From the NCBI GenBank assembly GCA_951406725.2, contig OX597820.1, positions 110,236,001 through 110,300,000 of the forward strand: DNA of 64,000 bases. The letters run 5' to 3'. A model generated the notes under the pieces. The model searched no databases. It worked only from the letters and a program-made list of their open reading frames with translations, and was not told where the DNA came from. Source of the DNA: Octopus vulgaris. Its lineage: Eukaryota. The first letter of the stretch is position 1; each line of letters begins with the position of its first letter. Both the position numbers and the translations under genes were made by a program. Shown here piece by piece: positions 1 to 12,487 of this stretch.

Positions 1-580
1 GTTGTTCTAATGCCTCCTCAACCCTCATTTTGTGAAAGTAAAAAAAAATTATTATTATTATTATTTTACTTCTTAGAGTGCTTGGTCTTGTTTGCTCTGG
101 TTGATCCTGTGAGAGCAAACAGCAACCTGTTGTCAGAGGTTTCACAGGGTTTCTTTCTACACATTATAAGCTTTGATACTTTAGCTGTTAATTATCATGG
201 AACACATTCAACATCGTCGTTGTCGTCATCTTCAAAGTGCAGTGGGTGATGGTCTTAATGAATTATAAGACAAAGAATTTTTTGATACTTAACTACATAC
301 CTTTCTGTTCTGAATTTTCATCATTTTGAGGTAACTTTGTATGTTTCCTTCCAGGGCAATGAAATAAAGTGCCAGTTAAGTACTAGAGTTAATTAAAGCA
401 ATTTAACTACTTCAAAATGTTTGCTCATTAGCTTATGTTAAAAGATCATGAAGTCTTTGTTAAAATCCCACTTTTGCTTGGACCATGTATTCTTATGACT
501 GAAAATATAGTCTAATTTTTAAGATATAATTGGCACTTAATATGTTCTTCACATTTTACAATAAATTTTTCATATTTCAG

Positions 581-643
581 GCTCTTATGAATGGTTTCTT
601 TAACTTTGAAACATTTGATGTGGATGAATATGAATATTATGAG
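581..643 (+). CDS. CDC14: CDC14 phosphatase internal exon (ALMNGFFNFETFDVDEYEYYE)
   Basis: tttcag acceptor and gag|gtactg donor; 63 bp, phase 0/0; peptide matches the CDC14 DSPn-domain FDVDEYEHYE motif. Confidence 0.93.
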
Positions 644-782
644 GTACTGTTCATTTATTTTTGCTATATTGTATACTTGTGTACACTTCTTTGTTATCAT
701 CAGCTGAGTAATTCCTCTTGATATATAACTTTGCTTTAAAAACTTTCTCTCAACATTTTCAGTGGTAATAATATAATTTTTG

Positions 783-832
<50 letters not shown>

Positions 833-1514
833 GTGCTTGCGCACACACACGGGCAAGAAAAGTAGAATACCTTACCAAGATATTACAGCAGTTGAAGGAA
901 TGTTGTGTCGACTATTTTGACATCAACTGGTTAAACAGCACACCCTACATAGATTACAGAGTAGTGTCAATTATGCACTGCAGTCAAATACTATATAATA
1001 AAAAAATTAGAGGTATTTTGAAAAGACAGGCTAAGTTAATGTCAAAATGCCATCACAAAAGCAAATTCTACCTGGCAAATTACAACAGAAAAAAAACCTA
1101 ATTCATGTCCCATGGCTGAAGCCTACAGCATACTATCTTGCCACGCTCAACCCCAACAATAATTCCATTAAGATTTAAAACATTTTTTGTTGTTATTAGC
1201 AATATTTCAGCCATTTGTTGATTGCACCTTTGACAAGAAACTTATATAAATGGAAAGTTTGTCAACTTTAACTATTATCTAATAATATACAGAGCACAAT
1301 AGGTTTTAATCTGGGTTTATTCTTTTAATAAAACTTGGTATTGATACATTGAGAATACTATTCTAAGTAGCTTTATCATCTTCCTTTGAACAGGTGTCCC
1401 CCAGGAATTGCCTATAAACATGCACATCTCCACAACATATATATATATATTGCTTTTATATCCATGAAACTTGCTGTAATGCCAGTCTAAGTTACAAACT
1501 GTATGAGTGTGTGC

Positions 1515-1564
<50 letters not shown>

Positions 1565-1629
1565 GTACTCAGTGCATGACACAGAATACCATTATATTTA
1601 TTTGGGTGAGGTGGTTTGCCATGGCTTAC

Positions 1630-2340
1630 TACAAATCCAGTACATTTTTTAAAGTGATACTCTGCTTCTTCTTTTATGAATAGGGCATATTATTCCCTCC
1701 TTTAGTTTGTCTGGGAGCTTATCGTTTGCAAGGAAGCTCTGCAAAAGAAGTTGCAGTGGTTTTGCAAGGATTCATTTGCATGACTTGAGAAGGATTGCTA
1801 GGAATCCATTGGGACCAGCAGCTGAGTTTGCGTCGACATCATCTGTTACCAGTATTACTTCCTCTTCTGATGTAGTCAATTTTTTCTGCCTCCCTTTCTA
1901 CTCCTGTAGTGTAAAGAATTCTACAGGTTTGCTAACTTGCTTGTACTGTAAGGGTTGAGTGAAGACACTTTTGAATTGTTCATTCAGTGTTTCACTTATC
2001 CTCATTGGGTTTCTAGTGCGGGAGCCACCTTTTTGGGGGAGTGACCCTACCCTGCAGTGCACAGAAGTGATCTCCTTGGCATACCTAAAGAAGACTTTAG
2101 GGTCTGATTTTATATTTCTTATGGCCCAAACTTCTCTTTCTGCTTTTTCCTTCTCATGGGAGCACTTCAGTTGTTTCTCAATGTCCAGCAATACTGTTTC
2201 CAGGTGGGATGTTTCACTGCCATTGGGTTCTCTGTTGAGAAGATCGAAGTGTGTGGTTGGGAAAAAATTCCTCATCCTTAATCTCCCGACCTTTTGTTTT
2301 GTAGTTTACAGAATCATTTGTGGACATACCTTTCACAACC
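1630..2340 (-). mobile_element. Degenerate CR1-group LINE ORF2 fragment
   Basis: ORF 1898-2275 (AIRNIKSDPKVFFRYAK...ISETLNEQFKSVFT) is collinear with ORF2 of the element at 46832-49855. Confidence 0.85.
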
Positions 2341-2374
2341 CAGGAGGAGGTCAAAACTGATATTTCAGAGTTCT

Positions 2375-2551
2375 TCGTTTTCAAACCAGAAGAGTTTTAC
2401 ATTAATGGGATTAAAAAGCTTGTAAATAGATGGAAGGAAGTCATAGATAATCAGGGAAAGTACATTGATGATTAAGTTTCAATTAAATATAACACTTGAT
2501 CACTTATTTTCTTTATTCAAAATTCAGACAGAACTTATGGGATGACCTGAT
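2375..2551 (+). mobile_element. mariner 3' fragment with terminal repeat
   Basis: Encodes FYINGIKKLVNRWKEVIDNQGKYIDD*, a mariner transposase C-terminus, followed by a TIR-like end and TA. Confidence 0.7.
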
Positions 2552-2559
2552 ATTTTTCC

Positions 2560-2912
2560 TCAAGTTGTTTGTCTTTATCACTTGATCTCAGGCTGCTACA
2601 ATTAGGCTCTCTGTTTCTTTTTTTTAATTGCCCCTTTTTAACTAAGCCCAGGATTTTGTTCTACATACATTTTCAGTGGCTCTCCAAAATTGGCCATGCA
2701 AGGGTTTTTCTTCAATCTGTTTGACACGTTCTCTTTTTATTTCATTCTTGTCCTTTTTTCCTATCATGCACTTAATCACCTGTTCTTTCTTAACTAGTTT
2801 TTCTGGGCTGCTTTGTAAATACTCTACTAGATATTTTCTTTCTATCTGTACACATTCTTCTACTGCTATTAAGCCTCTTCCACCCTGGTCTCTCCTCAAG
2901 TACAACCAGTTG
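2560..2912 (-). mobile_element. Dong/R4-type (RLE) non-LTR retrotransposon fragment
   Basis: LYLRRDQGGRGL...KPLHGQFW...LKKETESLI motifs; abuts an (ATT)n tract. Confidence 0.8.
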
Positions 2913-2913
2913 A

Positions 2914-2967
<54 letters not shown>

Positions 2968-2970
2968 TAC

Positions 2971-3044
<74 letters not shown>

Positions 3045-3076
3045 TACTATTACTATTATTATTATTATTATTATTA
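2913..3076. repeat. (ATT)n microsatellite
   Basis: Directly visible. Confidence 0.98.
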
Positions 3077-3290
3077 AAGGCATTGAGCTGGCAGAATCTA
3101 TAGCGCACCAGCCGAAATGCTTAGTGGTATTTTGCCCATTGCTGCATTCTGAGTTCAAATTCTGCCAAGGTCGACTTTACCATTCATCCTTTCAGGGTCA
3201 ATAAAATAAGTACCAGTTGAATACTGGTAATTGGTTCATCCCCTACTCCTAAATTAGATTGCTGCCCTTATGGCAAAATTTGAAACCATT
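3077..3290 (+). mobile_element. tRNA-derived SINE, family A (gagctggcagaat...ttcatcctttc...aagtaccag core)
   Basis: A-box/B-box-like head (gagttcaaattc); copies at 4527-4742(-), 34641-34866(+) and 35445-35630(-). Confidence 0.8.
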
Positions 3291-3317
3291 ATTATTATTA
3301 TTATTATTATCATTATT

Positions 3318-3920
3318 CAGTAGTTTTATTTTTATCATGTGCTTTCGCTGCACTACTGAGTGCAGCTCTGTGTGCTTTGGGTTTGTGCTGTGATTTGTTG
3401 TGATGCTCTTGTTTTCACTCTCTTGAAAGTGTTTTATGTAGGATGTGTGCGGTGCCTAGTAGTCTTATTTTCTGTATGGTGTATATAAAGCCCTAGTGTT
3501 TTTGCTATGTATTTGCCTGAATGTTTTTTTAACATACCTAATGCACCTACTATAATAGGAATTGTTTCTGTTTTTAGGCTCCACATTCAAGTTACCTCTA
3601 TTTCCAGATCTTTATATTTTGAAATATAATTGGTATTGATACATCGATTAGAAAGCATTTTTTTCTTTGTGATCTCTGACAACTGTATCCAGCCTGTTGG
3701 CTTTAATATCTCTATTTGTGTATTGGCATATCCCAGAGTATGGTTGCTTTCTCATTTTCTGTGACCTTTTCTGGTTTGTGCCTATACCATCTTTTTTCTG
3801 TTGTTATTCCATAGTGTTGGCATAGCTTCCAGTGTATCTAGGTCCCAACTTTGTTGTGTCTGTGAATATGTTCCTTCTTAGCCAGGACTAGGCAGCCAGA
3901 GACAATGTTATTATTATTTC
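3318..3920 (-). mobile_element. Dong/R4-type LINE 3' fragment (RLE domain)
   Basis: Minus strand reads ILWDMPIHTNRDIKANRLDTVVRD...FLIDVSIP; ends in (AAT)n. Confidence 0.8.
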
Positions 3921-4004
3921 TAGTATTGGCATATAACCCCAGTTTGAAGTAATTCTGAAAATATCAAAATTGAATTAAATGTTGTCCAATTATATTCTTT
4001 TCAG

Positions 4005-4092
4005 AAAGTGGAAAATGGTGATTTAAACTGGATAATTCCAAATAAATACTTAGCTTTCTGTGGACCTCATTCAAAGCAAGCTCGAGAAGATG
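4005..4092 (+). CDS. CDC14: CDC14 exon (KVENGDLNWIIPNKYLAFCGPHSKQAREDG)
   Basis: tcttttcag acceptor and G|gtgagt donor; 88 bp, phase 0/1; VENGDxNWI..KFxAFxGP motif of CDC14. Confidence 0.95.
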
Positions 4093-4526
4093 GTGAGTGT
4101 ATATTTGATAATAATAATTATAATAATAATAATAATAATTATAATAATGAGTTTTTTTATTGGCCACATAGGCTCATGACATTGGAGGACAAGATACAAA
4201 ATACAAAACAGGTGGGGTTTACATCAATCAAGGAGAGACACTACCACATTAAAAGATGTATGAATAGAAATTAGAGAAATAATTAATAAATAAAATTTTC
4301 AATAGCAGGGCAGTCCACTTACAATAATTCAGGGTAAAACCCCATGCAAAAGTCCCAGATTATTTTGTCATCCACAAAGTATGAGAAGTACCTTCTTCCA
4401 GTTACTTTCCTCCTACTTAGAAAAGTATACTCAGAGTAGATCCATTCAGTCTCATCAGTCTTGCCACTATCATTCACTTTTTGATAAACATACTAGAAGG
4501 CAGCAATAACAACAACAATAATAATA

Positions 4527-4742
4527 ACCCTTTCTACAAAAGGTATAAGGCCTGAAATTTGGGGGAGGGAGCTAGTCGATTACATCAACCCCAGTACTCA
4601 ACTGGTACTTAGTTTATTGACCCTGAAAGGATGAACGGCAAAGTCAACATTGACGGAGTTTGAACTCAGAACCTAATGACAAGCAAAATACTGCTAAGCA
4701 TTTCATCCAGCATGCTAACAATTATGCCAGCTTGCTGCCCTA
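4527..4742 (-). mobile_element. tRNA-derived SINE, family A
   Basis: Reverse complement of the 3077 and 34641 copies; flanked by (AAT)n. Confidence 0.8.
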
Positions 4743-4799
4743 GTTATAATAATAATGATAATGATAATAAAAATAATAATGATAATGATAATAATAATA

Positions 4800-5302
4800 G
4801 AGTATGGACTTGACTGAGCAAAAAAGTAGTATGAACATAAACCCGAAGGCATCATCAAAAATGATAATGCAAAGATTCTATAGCATTTTATGATTTGGTG
4901 TAACCATGAGATAGAGAATAGAAAACCAGACATAGTGTTAATTGAGAAAGAAAGCAAACGATGCTGGATCATAGATATAACATGCCCAGCTGACAACAAG
5001 GTATGCAATAAAGAAGAAAGGGAGTCAACAGATATGACAGGTTAGCTTGGGAGGTCCAGCAGTTGTGGTTGCTGAAAAAGGTGGTAGTAGTACCAATAAT
5101 TGTTGGAGCCCTAGGAACAGTGGGTAAAAATCTTGAGAAGTACATGGAACAAATAGGGGCTGCAATAAGGGTGGAGCACTTGCAGAAAACAGCACTGTTG
5201 GAACCGCTCAAATACTCCATATGGTTCTTGAAAAAATAAGGAGTGTTACCTTAGTTCACTAGTAGTGAACAGCTGACAATGTAGTACATCTGCAGCATTA
5301 GA
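4800..5302 (+). mobile_element. Dong/R4-type LINE 3' fragment
   Basis: RKPDIVLIEKE..CWIIDITCPAD, VVPIIVGALG and LQKTALLE motifs; (AAT)n tail. Confidence 0.82.
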
Positions 5303-5324
5303 ATAATAATAATAATAATAATTT

Positions 5325-5980
5325 GCTTACGGCCATATCACGTTGAAAGCACTGGTTCTCGTCTGATCACCGAAGTTAAGTAACATCAAGCCTAGTTAGT
5401 ACTTAGATGGGTGACCGCTTGGGAAACCTAGGTGCAGTACCAGGCAGTGGCTCTCGTGGCTTCTGATCTTAACTGATTAGAAGTGTTATCATGTACATTG
5501 TTTTGTCTTGGTATAAAAGATGGGCTACAGCAAATATTCTGCTCAATACCACAGATTTACTTGTCAGTTGTTTGACCTAAACCACTTGAGCATGTGCCTT
5601 AGTGGCTGATGATATGTGCATCTCTGATCACGAGCAGAAGTAGTGGGGGAGCATCATAGCCATGTGTTGAGAGGGATTCTTTGAGGTTTGAATAATTCAC
5701 CTCTGGAAACATGGGTGTTTCGTTCAACATCCTTAAACAACCCTTATTCAGGGACCTTTTGAGCTGGATGGGTTACTCGACTAGAAGAAAATTCTAACTG
5801 GGCCCCACCTGCAAGGTCATGTGCTGTTTATCTTGATATGAGATCACCATGTCGTGCACATATGTTTGTGATGCATGTGCCTGGTGTACCCTTATCAGAC
5901 AGATAGTCATGATGGGTATATTGGGCTTTGCATATTTTACCCCTGTGTCACTTTGATGGCATGCACTGCTCTCTCACTCA
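5325..5980 (+). mobile_element. 5S rRNA-headed SINE (SINE3-type); 5S-like head at 5325-5439
   Basis: gcttacggccatatcacgttgaaagcac...ctcgtctgatcaccgaagttaag...agtacttagatgggtgaccgcttgggaa is 5S rRNA-like and is fused to a ~540-bp body ending in (AAT)n. Confidence 0.82.
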
Positions 5981-6028
5981 ATAATTATAATAATAATAAT
6001 AACAACAATAATAATAATAATAATAATA

Positions 6029-6303
6029 ATTTGGAGCATGTGAACAGTAAAGGTCATGCCTATAATAATTGCTGCATTGGGAACAAGAAGGAAAGATATA
6101 GGCAAATGGCTGAAGGAGATTGGAATAGAATGCCCTGTAGAGCTTCTACAGAAAGTTTGTCTTTTAGGGACAGTCAGGATTATCAGGAAGGTTCTAAGCA
6201 CTTGAAAGACAGCTGAAAACTTGTGAATACCTAAGGTTACAGGTAGTAACCTGCTACCCATATAAATTCTTCCAGAAATAAGACTGAACCTAAGCCAAAC
6301 CAA
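6029..6303 (+). mobile_element. Dong/R4-type LINE extreme 3' fragment
   Basis: VMPIIIAALG...LQKVCLLGTVRIIRKVL*; (AAT)n on both sides. Confidence 0.7.
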
Positions 6304-6689
6304 AATAATAATAATAATGATAATAATAATAGTGATATTGATTCCCCATACAGACACAAAACGAGAAATTCAAGGTTAGGAATTAAATTGATCCATCCCT
6401 CAATACATGACTGTTACTTATTTTATTAATTTTATCTCAAAAGAATAAGAATATAAAGAGACTAAAATATTGCTAGGCATTTTGACTGATGCTCTATTGA
6501 TTCCGCCTGTCTACCACATTTTTGATATTTTTATTAATGATAATAATAGTAATAAACCTGATGGCATAAAATTACCACAAAATAACATCACTAGATCACT
6601 GTGGAATAATTAGGGATATAAATACGTAGTGGGTGCTGCAAGACGATAAGATAATGAAAAGGAGAAATAAGAAAGAATATTTTTTTAAA

Positions 6690-7830
6690 TTACAAGAGGA
6701 AAATTAGGAAGGTGCTTGAAGCAAAATTAGATGGAAGGAATATTATTAAAGCAATAAATACATGGGCTATGCTAGTATTAAGATACTCTGCTCCCTTTCT
6801 GAAATAGACAAAGATCAAGCTACAGAACTTCGATAGAACTTGAAAGCTGCTCATAATGCATACTACCCTAAAAGTAAGACCCTAACTATCAAGAAAGGGA
6901 AGTGGCAGTGGATTACTAAATGCAGAAGACACCGTTGGTACCATGATATTGCAGCTGGAAAATTATGTTATATGAAATAGAGAAAGAATACTATCGGCAG
7001 CTGGAGATGCCATAAAAAAATACTGAGACAGTAGGAGAATTCAAGAAGAGAAGGAAGAACAATAGAGCATGCAGATAGAAAGAAATGGAAATACATGGCC
7101 AATTCATGCGACAAACAAAGAATGGTGGCTTTAGTTCACAGATGGGAACCTGAAACAAGAGACTGAAACTGTAATTATAGCTGCTTAGGAACAAGCCATT
7201 AGAACAAATCTGATAAAGGCAAAGATCAACAAAACTCAGCCTGCAAATGTAAAATCTTTTGGAAAGGAAATGAGAGTATCAATCATCTCTTGAGTGGGTA
7301 TGGTAAGATAGCACAAAAAGAGTCTAAGTACAGGCACAACTGTGTAGGTAAACATGTATATTGGGATGTTTGCTTTGAAATAACAGGAAAGTGCTATGAA
7401 CATGGTCATAGGCTGTGACAGTGAATGAAAATTATAGGATCTTATGGGTTATCTCTATAAAGATTGATCATACTTTTGAAGCAAGAAGACCAGATATGAT
7501 CATAAGGACAAAATAGACTGTGTAAGATCATAGACTTTGCAATTCCCTATACCAAAGAGATTGAAAAAATGAGAAATATCAGGATCTAGCCAGAGAGCTG
7601 AAGAGAACGTGGGAGACTGACAACAATTATTCCTATAGTAATTTGTGTACTTGGCATAACACCCAAAATGTTATTAAAAGACTGAGAGATATTGAAATTG
7701 AGACTTGCATAGTTGACCTGTAGAAAAGTACCATCCTATATTCTGCAAGAATCTTAAGAAAGATACTTCAGATTTGAAGAGACTTGTTGTCACCAAACTT
7801 TGAGATAAAACTTCTGCTAATTAAATTAGC
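6690..7830 (+). mobile_element. Degenerate Dong/R4-type LINE RT-C/RLE fragment
   Basis: IIKAINTWAM, HGQFMR, ARRPDM and IIDFAIP motifs with frameshifts. Confidence 0.78.
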
Positions 7831-9287
7831 ATGTACTTGCTTGACAATGATGATGACAACGATAGGGGCAACAATTTTTTGGTAGAAATGTTATAGTCAA
7901 TTATATCTGCCTCAGTATTTTTTTGAAGCCCCAATAGATGAGGAACAAAGCCCACTTCATGAGACTCAAACTAACAAAATGCCACTAGGTGTTTTGTCCA
8001 GTACTCTATTAGTCCTGTCATTCACTGTTTTCAATAATAACGGTAACATCATCATCATCAACAAAAATTATACTAAAGATATATAATAATAACAGTAATG
8101 ATTTGGTGGTGTAAGGTTACAAGAATATTTAAAGAGCAACATCTGCAGTAACTGAACAATTCTAAGGAGCACTAACAAGGATTAATAACAACACAAGTAA
8201 TAACAAGTAGTAATATAATATAATGTTTAAAAATTCTGGTTGAAATATTTAATAGGCATACACAAAGTTCTGCCAAAAATATTTAATGATCTACTGAAAC
8301 AATCGGAGGTGATACTTGAATGATTTATTGAATTATTAGTCTAAAAGACTTATATAGTATGCAATACACAAATTCAATAGAAGAATTGACAGAATTCGGT
8401 TTAGTAAAATGTGCCAAAGCAATGTTAAAGAGAAGAAAATTAGTTAAAACCAAATGAAGAGAATTAGATACATACAAATTTCCATACTGTAATAAAGAAA
8501 GCTGCTTGTGGAGTATGTAACTTTTACTAAAAGAAAACAATTATTAAAATCTAACCTGTCTGGAAAATTCTTATGAATTTCAGTTTTGATGTATTGTTCT
8601 GAAAATGTGGTTGTTAAAGATTGCAACTTTGTGATTCACTCAGAAAACAGATTTCTATTTACTTTCATATAGTTACTTTACTGCAAGATAGTGATTTTTA
8701 ATGTCTATTTATACACTTAGTATAGCTACAGAAATGTTCCCCTACTCCACCTGATTTTGTTTCTCCATAACTTTCTGAAAATAAATATATTTCAATGAAA
8801 CTTTCTACAATTATGATTACATTGGAATTTATTTTAAGAAGTTTTTACAGAGGGGATGGTGGAGAGGATATTCTGATAAGTAACACGCCTCAACTTTGTT
8901 TTCTCATAACTTTCACAAAATAGGTATTCTTTAATGAAATTTTCTACAAATACCTTTCAGATGTTGTGCATTATGATTATATCAGAAATTAATGTAAAAT
9001 TATGGGAAGGGGCATCTATTTCATGTAACTCAACTTTGTTTCTTCATACATTTTCATGTGGTACAATTAAAATTATGTTGAAAAACAAACTAAATTTGAA
9101 GACTATTCCACCCTTTCCCAAATATTCTCTGAAAAATATCTTTGTAGAAAGGTGAGTACAATGCTAATTCTTTCATTATTTTATTACAGTCTTAATCTTT
9201 CTCTTTTAAACAGACTTAAAGGTAGTCCATTGTTGAGTATGCTAGGAATCATGTGTATCTCAAAAGTAATTGTTTTTCAACATGAAA

Positions 9288-9446
9288 TGGCTGTGCAGTA
9301 AGAAGCTTGCTTCCCAACCACATGGTTCCAGGTTCAGTCACATTGAGTGACATCTTGGGCTTCTACTATAGCCATTGACCAACTAAAGCTTTATGAGTGG
9401 ATTTAGTTGACAGAAATGGGAAAAAGCCATTGTGTGTATATATATA

Positions 9447-9494
<48 letters not shown>

Positions 9495-9690
9495 ATGTGT
9501 GTGTGTGTGTGTGCGCGCGTTTGTCTCCCACCACTGTTTTACAGTTGGTGTTGGTTTGTTAACATCCCTGTAATTTAGCAGTTCAGTGAAAGAGAACAAT
9601 AAATTTTAAAATAAGTTGATTTGTTCTACTAAAAATTTTGAAGGTGGTACCCCAGCATGGCCACAGCCCAATGACTGAAACAAGTAATTG
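9288..9690 (+). mobile_element. tRNA-derived SINE, family B (internal TG/TA microsatellite, LINE-like tail)
   Basis: Head ttgcttcccaaccacatggttccaggttcagtc; tail ggtaccccagcatggccacagcccaatgactgaaacaagtaa; relatives at 27055-27420 and 35905-36275(-). Confidence 0.75.
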
Positions 9691-11247
9691 TAATTAAATC
9701 ATCAAAACATAGCAGGTAAAAAAGGTGGAGATGTATGAAATATTTGACCCCTCCCCATTTTCCCCACATTAAATTCCAATATAACCATAATCTACATCAT
9801 CTAAAAAGTATTTGTTAAAAATTTCAGTAAAAATACCTGTCTTTTTCAGAAAGTAATGGTGAAGAGTATTTTCTGTAGTTATTCCCTAAATTCATTTACT
9901 GAGCAAAATACTATTAGATGAATAGAGGATACAATGGAGAATTATCTGCTACATATAAGAAAAATTACACAAATTGGGAATCAAATGTATAAATATCATT
10001 TAGTAACTTGCCTAAAACTACCTTTATGGTGATCTTTCTGCTTGTAGGAATAGATAAAGTACAACATTCAAAAATTAAAGAAAAGTTTGGCTATATTAGG
10101 GGTGTATTAGAATATGCCATCAAATCAAACCTCAAAATCATATGAGGCACTTAAGAAATTTTGTAGCAACCCATTGTACATCTTTACCATTTTCATCACT
10201 ACTAAATAGCAGGCATGTACCCATAAGCATTAATGAAAGCAAAGTGAATTATGCTCCAAAGAAACAACCTTTTTGGAGAGTATTACAAAGTGGAACTACA
10301 TTGTGACTGATGCCAAGAGGGCTTCAACTATTTACTATCAACAATGAGCATCTAAAAATACTACAAGCATGAATTATATGGTATAACTCACCATACAACA
10401 GCATTAAAAAAAAAACCAAAATATGAAACATTTCTCTTCCTACTTGAAAAATATATCCTGACTGACTACTTTACTGCATGAAAAACATCAAGTGTCATTA
10501 AGAACCACAATGCAAAAATACCACAAACAAATATAGAGTAAAAGAGCTGACATGCTATTCTGAATTATAGTATTTTTTCCCTTAATTGGCAAATATCTAG
10601 AAAAAGTATTGTATACTATTCTGTTGGCTTCACAAACAATGCATCAAGGACTATTCCTTCTGAACTTCAGCATGGCTTGTTCTGTTATCAACACCTAGAA
10701 AACACTATAGTGCTTTTGAAATATGTGTGGAAATAGGTAAAAGAAGAAACAAGCCACCAGCATTACATGGTCAGAATTTAGAAATGCAACCTCTTTTTTA
10801 CAAAGTAACTGTATATCTGTTGTTACCATTCTCTAGTCTTTAACATAAGTGAACTAATTTCAACCTACCATAACATGTTCAAATTCAGTTGTAGGCATAT
10901 CAAGAAGGACTTTTTGATGCATCATAAGCAACATTTACTTCAATGTGATCATTTGAAATGGCAATGACAATTGTTTATATCTTTACAAATTATTTCTTTT
11001 CACTCAACTGGTGCATACAGTTGATTAAGTTTGATTAAATAAAATTATGTTCAGGAAATGTAATCACTGTTTGCTTTACAAATGTATGTGTGTGTATCAA
11101 TGGCTAAAACTTTTTATGTGAAGTATATGTGAGTGTGTGTACAGAGAGAGAGAGAGAGTTCTTTTCTCAAGCACTTCTTCGTCTTTCAAGGTCATTGCTA
11201 TTATAAATCTTTCTCACTTCACTGACAGTTAATAAACATTGTAAATA

Positions 11248-12487
11248 CAGTGCACAGCAAGTTTGCGTGAAAAAATTTTCATTTTGAGTGTTTTTTTTTC
11301 TTTTGTTTCCATAAATTTCACATTGCATGTAAAAATTATGTTTTAAAAAAGATAGAAAACCATTTTTATCATGTGACAATAGGAAAATTTTTTTTAACTT
11401 GATTTAGTAGCAAAATTAACTGTGAGGAGAAATAAACCAAAATTATAGTTTTCATGAAAACACCTCTATGACACATCATCAGATTGCAAATTATATAGAA
11501 ATGTTACAAAGCAATGTTACACAAATGTTACACAAATTATTAATCAGTACAGGAAGTGCAAATGCTCAATATGAAAATTGTGGTGCATTTGTTGTGCATT
11601 TGATGAATGCATATGTGGGAAATTTCAATCAAAAGCCTCCAAAGTACTTAACAGGATGTTAAAAACCAACTTGGTCCAAAAGATGATGTTTTTTTTATGC
11701 ACTCTACATTGGACAATGAATGCAGCAGGCATCTGTGCCATGAAACCACCAAAATGTCTACTTCTTACTATACATCAGATAGCCAAATGATATAAACTGG
11801 ACTGTGGAACAGTGAGAAATTGATTTTTAGTGACAAGATAATAATTCAGATTATTGATGATTGCTTAAATTTTGTCTGTTTAGTACATTATCATCCATCA
11901 GATCATTTCTTAAAAACAGTAAGACATCAGGTGTGTTTTTACTATGGGGGAACTGGATGTAGTCATGTTTTTGAAGGAAAGCATGATGATGAACATTTTA
12001 TGAAGGATATCATTGAACATCATGTGCTGCAATTAAATGACTGGTTTCTAAACTGTGGTGGTATTTTCATCAAAATAACACACCAATTCATGTTAGCAAG
12101 CATTCAATGTATTCCTTTCATCAACATGGTGTAACACTGCTTGATTGGCCTCTGTCTTCACCAGATTTAGATCCAACTGAAAACCTCTGGAGCATATGCA
12201 AAAAGTACATAAAGTCACTGATCTCAAATGAAGCAAAAAATTATTCAATCTTATTCAAGTGTGGCACAGAGATGACAAAATTAAGGAAATATGTCTGGTG
12301 GAATCTATGCCCAGAAGAGTAGCTACTGTTGTTCATTCTAAAGGAGATCCAATGAATATTGACCATAATTTACATTATTTTTCTCTCTTTTTAATTTCAC
12401 ATATTAGTTTTGCATTCGTTATTAAATCATTAATAAAAATGAAAATATCTGTTTTTTGACTTCGTGCAAACTTGCCGTTGTGTACTG
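11248..12487 (+). mobile_element. Degenerate Tc1-like DNA transposon
   Basis: TA-flanked imperfect TIRs (cagtgcacagcaagtttgc / gcaaacttgccgttgtgtactg); LDWPLSSPDLDPTENLW motif. Confidence 0.85.

Noticed and set aside
5325-5439. Functional 5S rRNA gene
   Set aside because: Diverged, has no T-run terminator, is not arrayed, and is fused to a repeat body.
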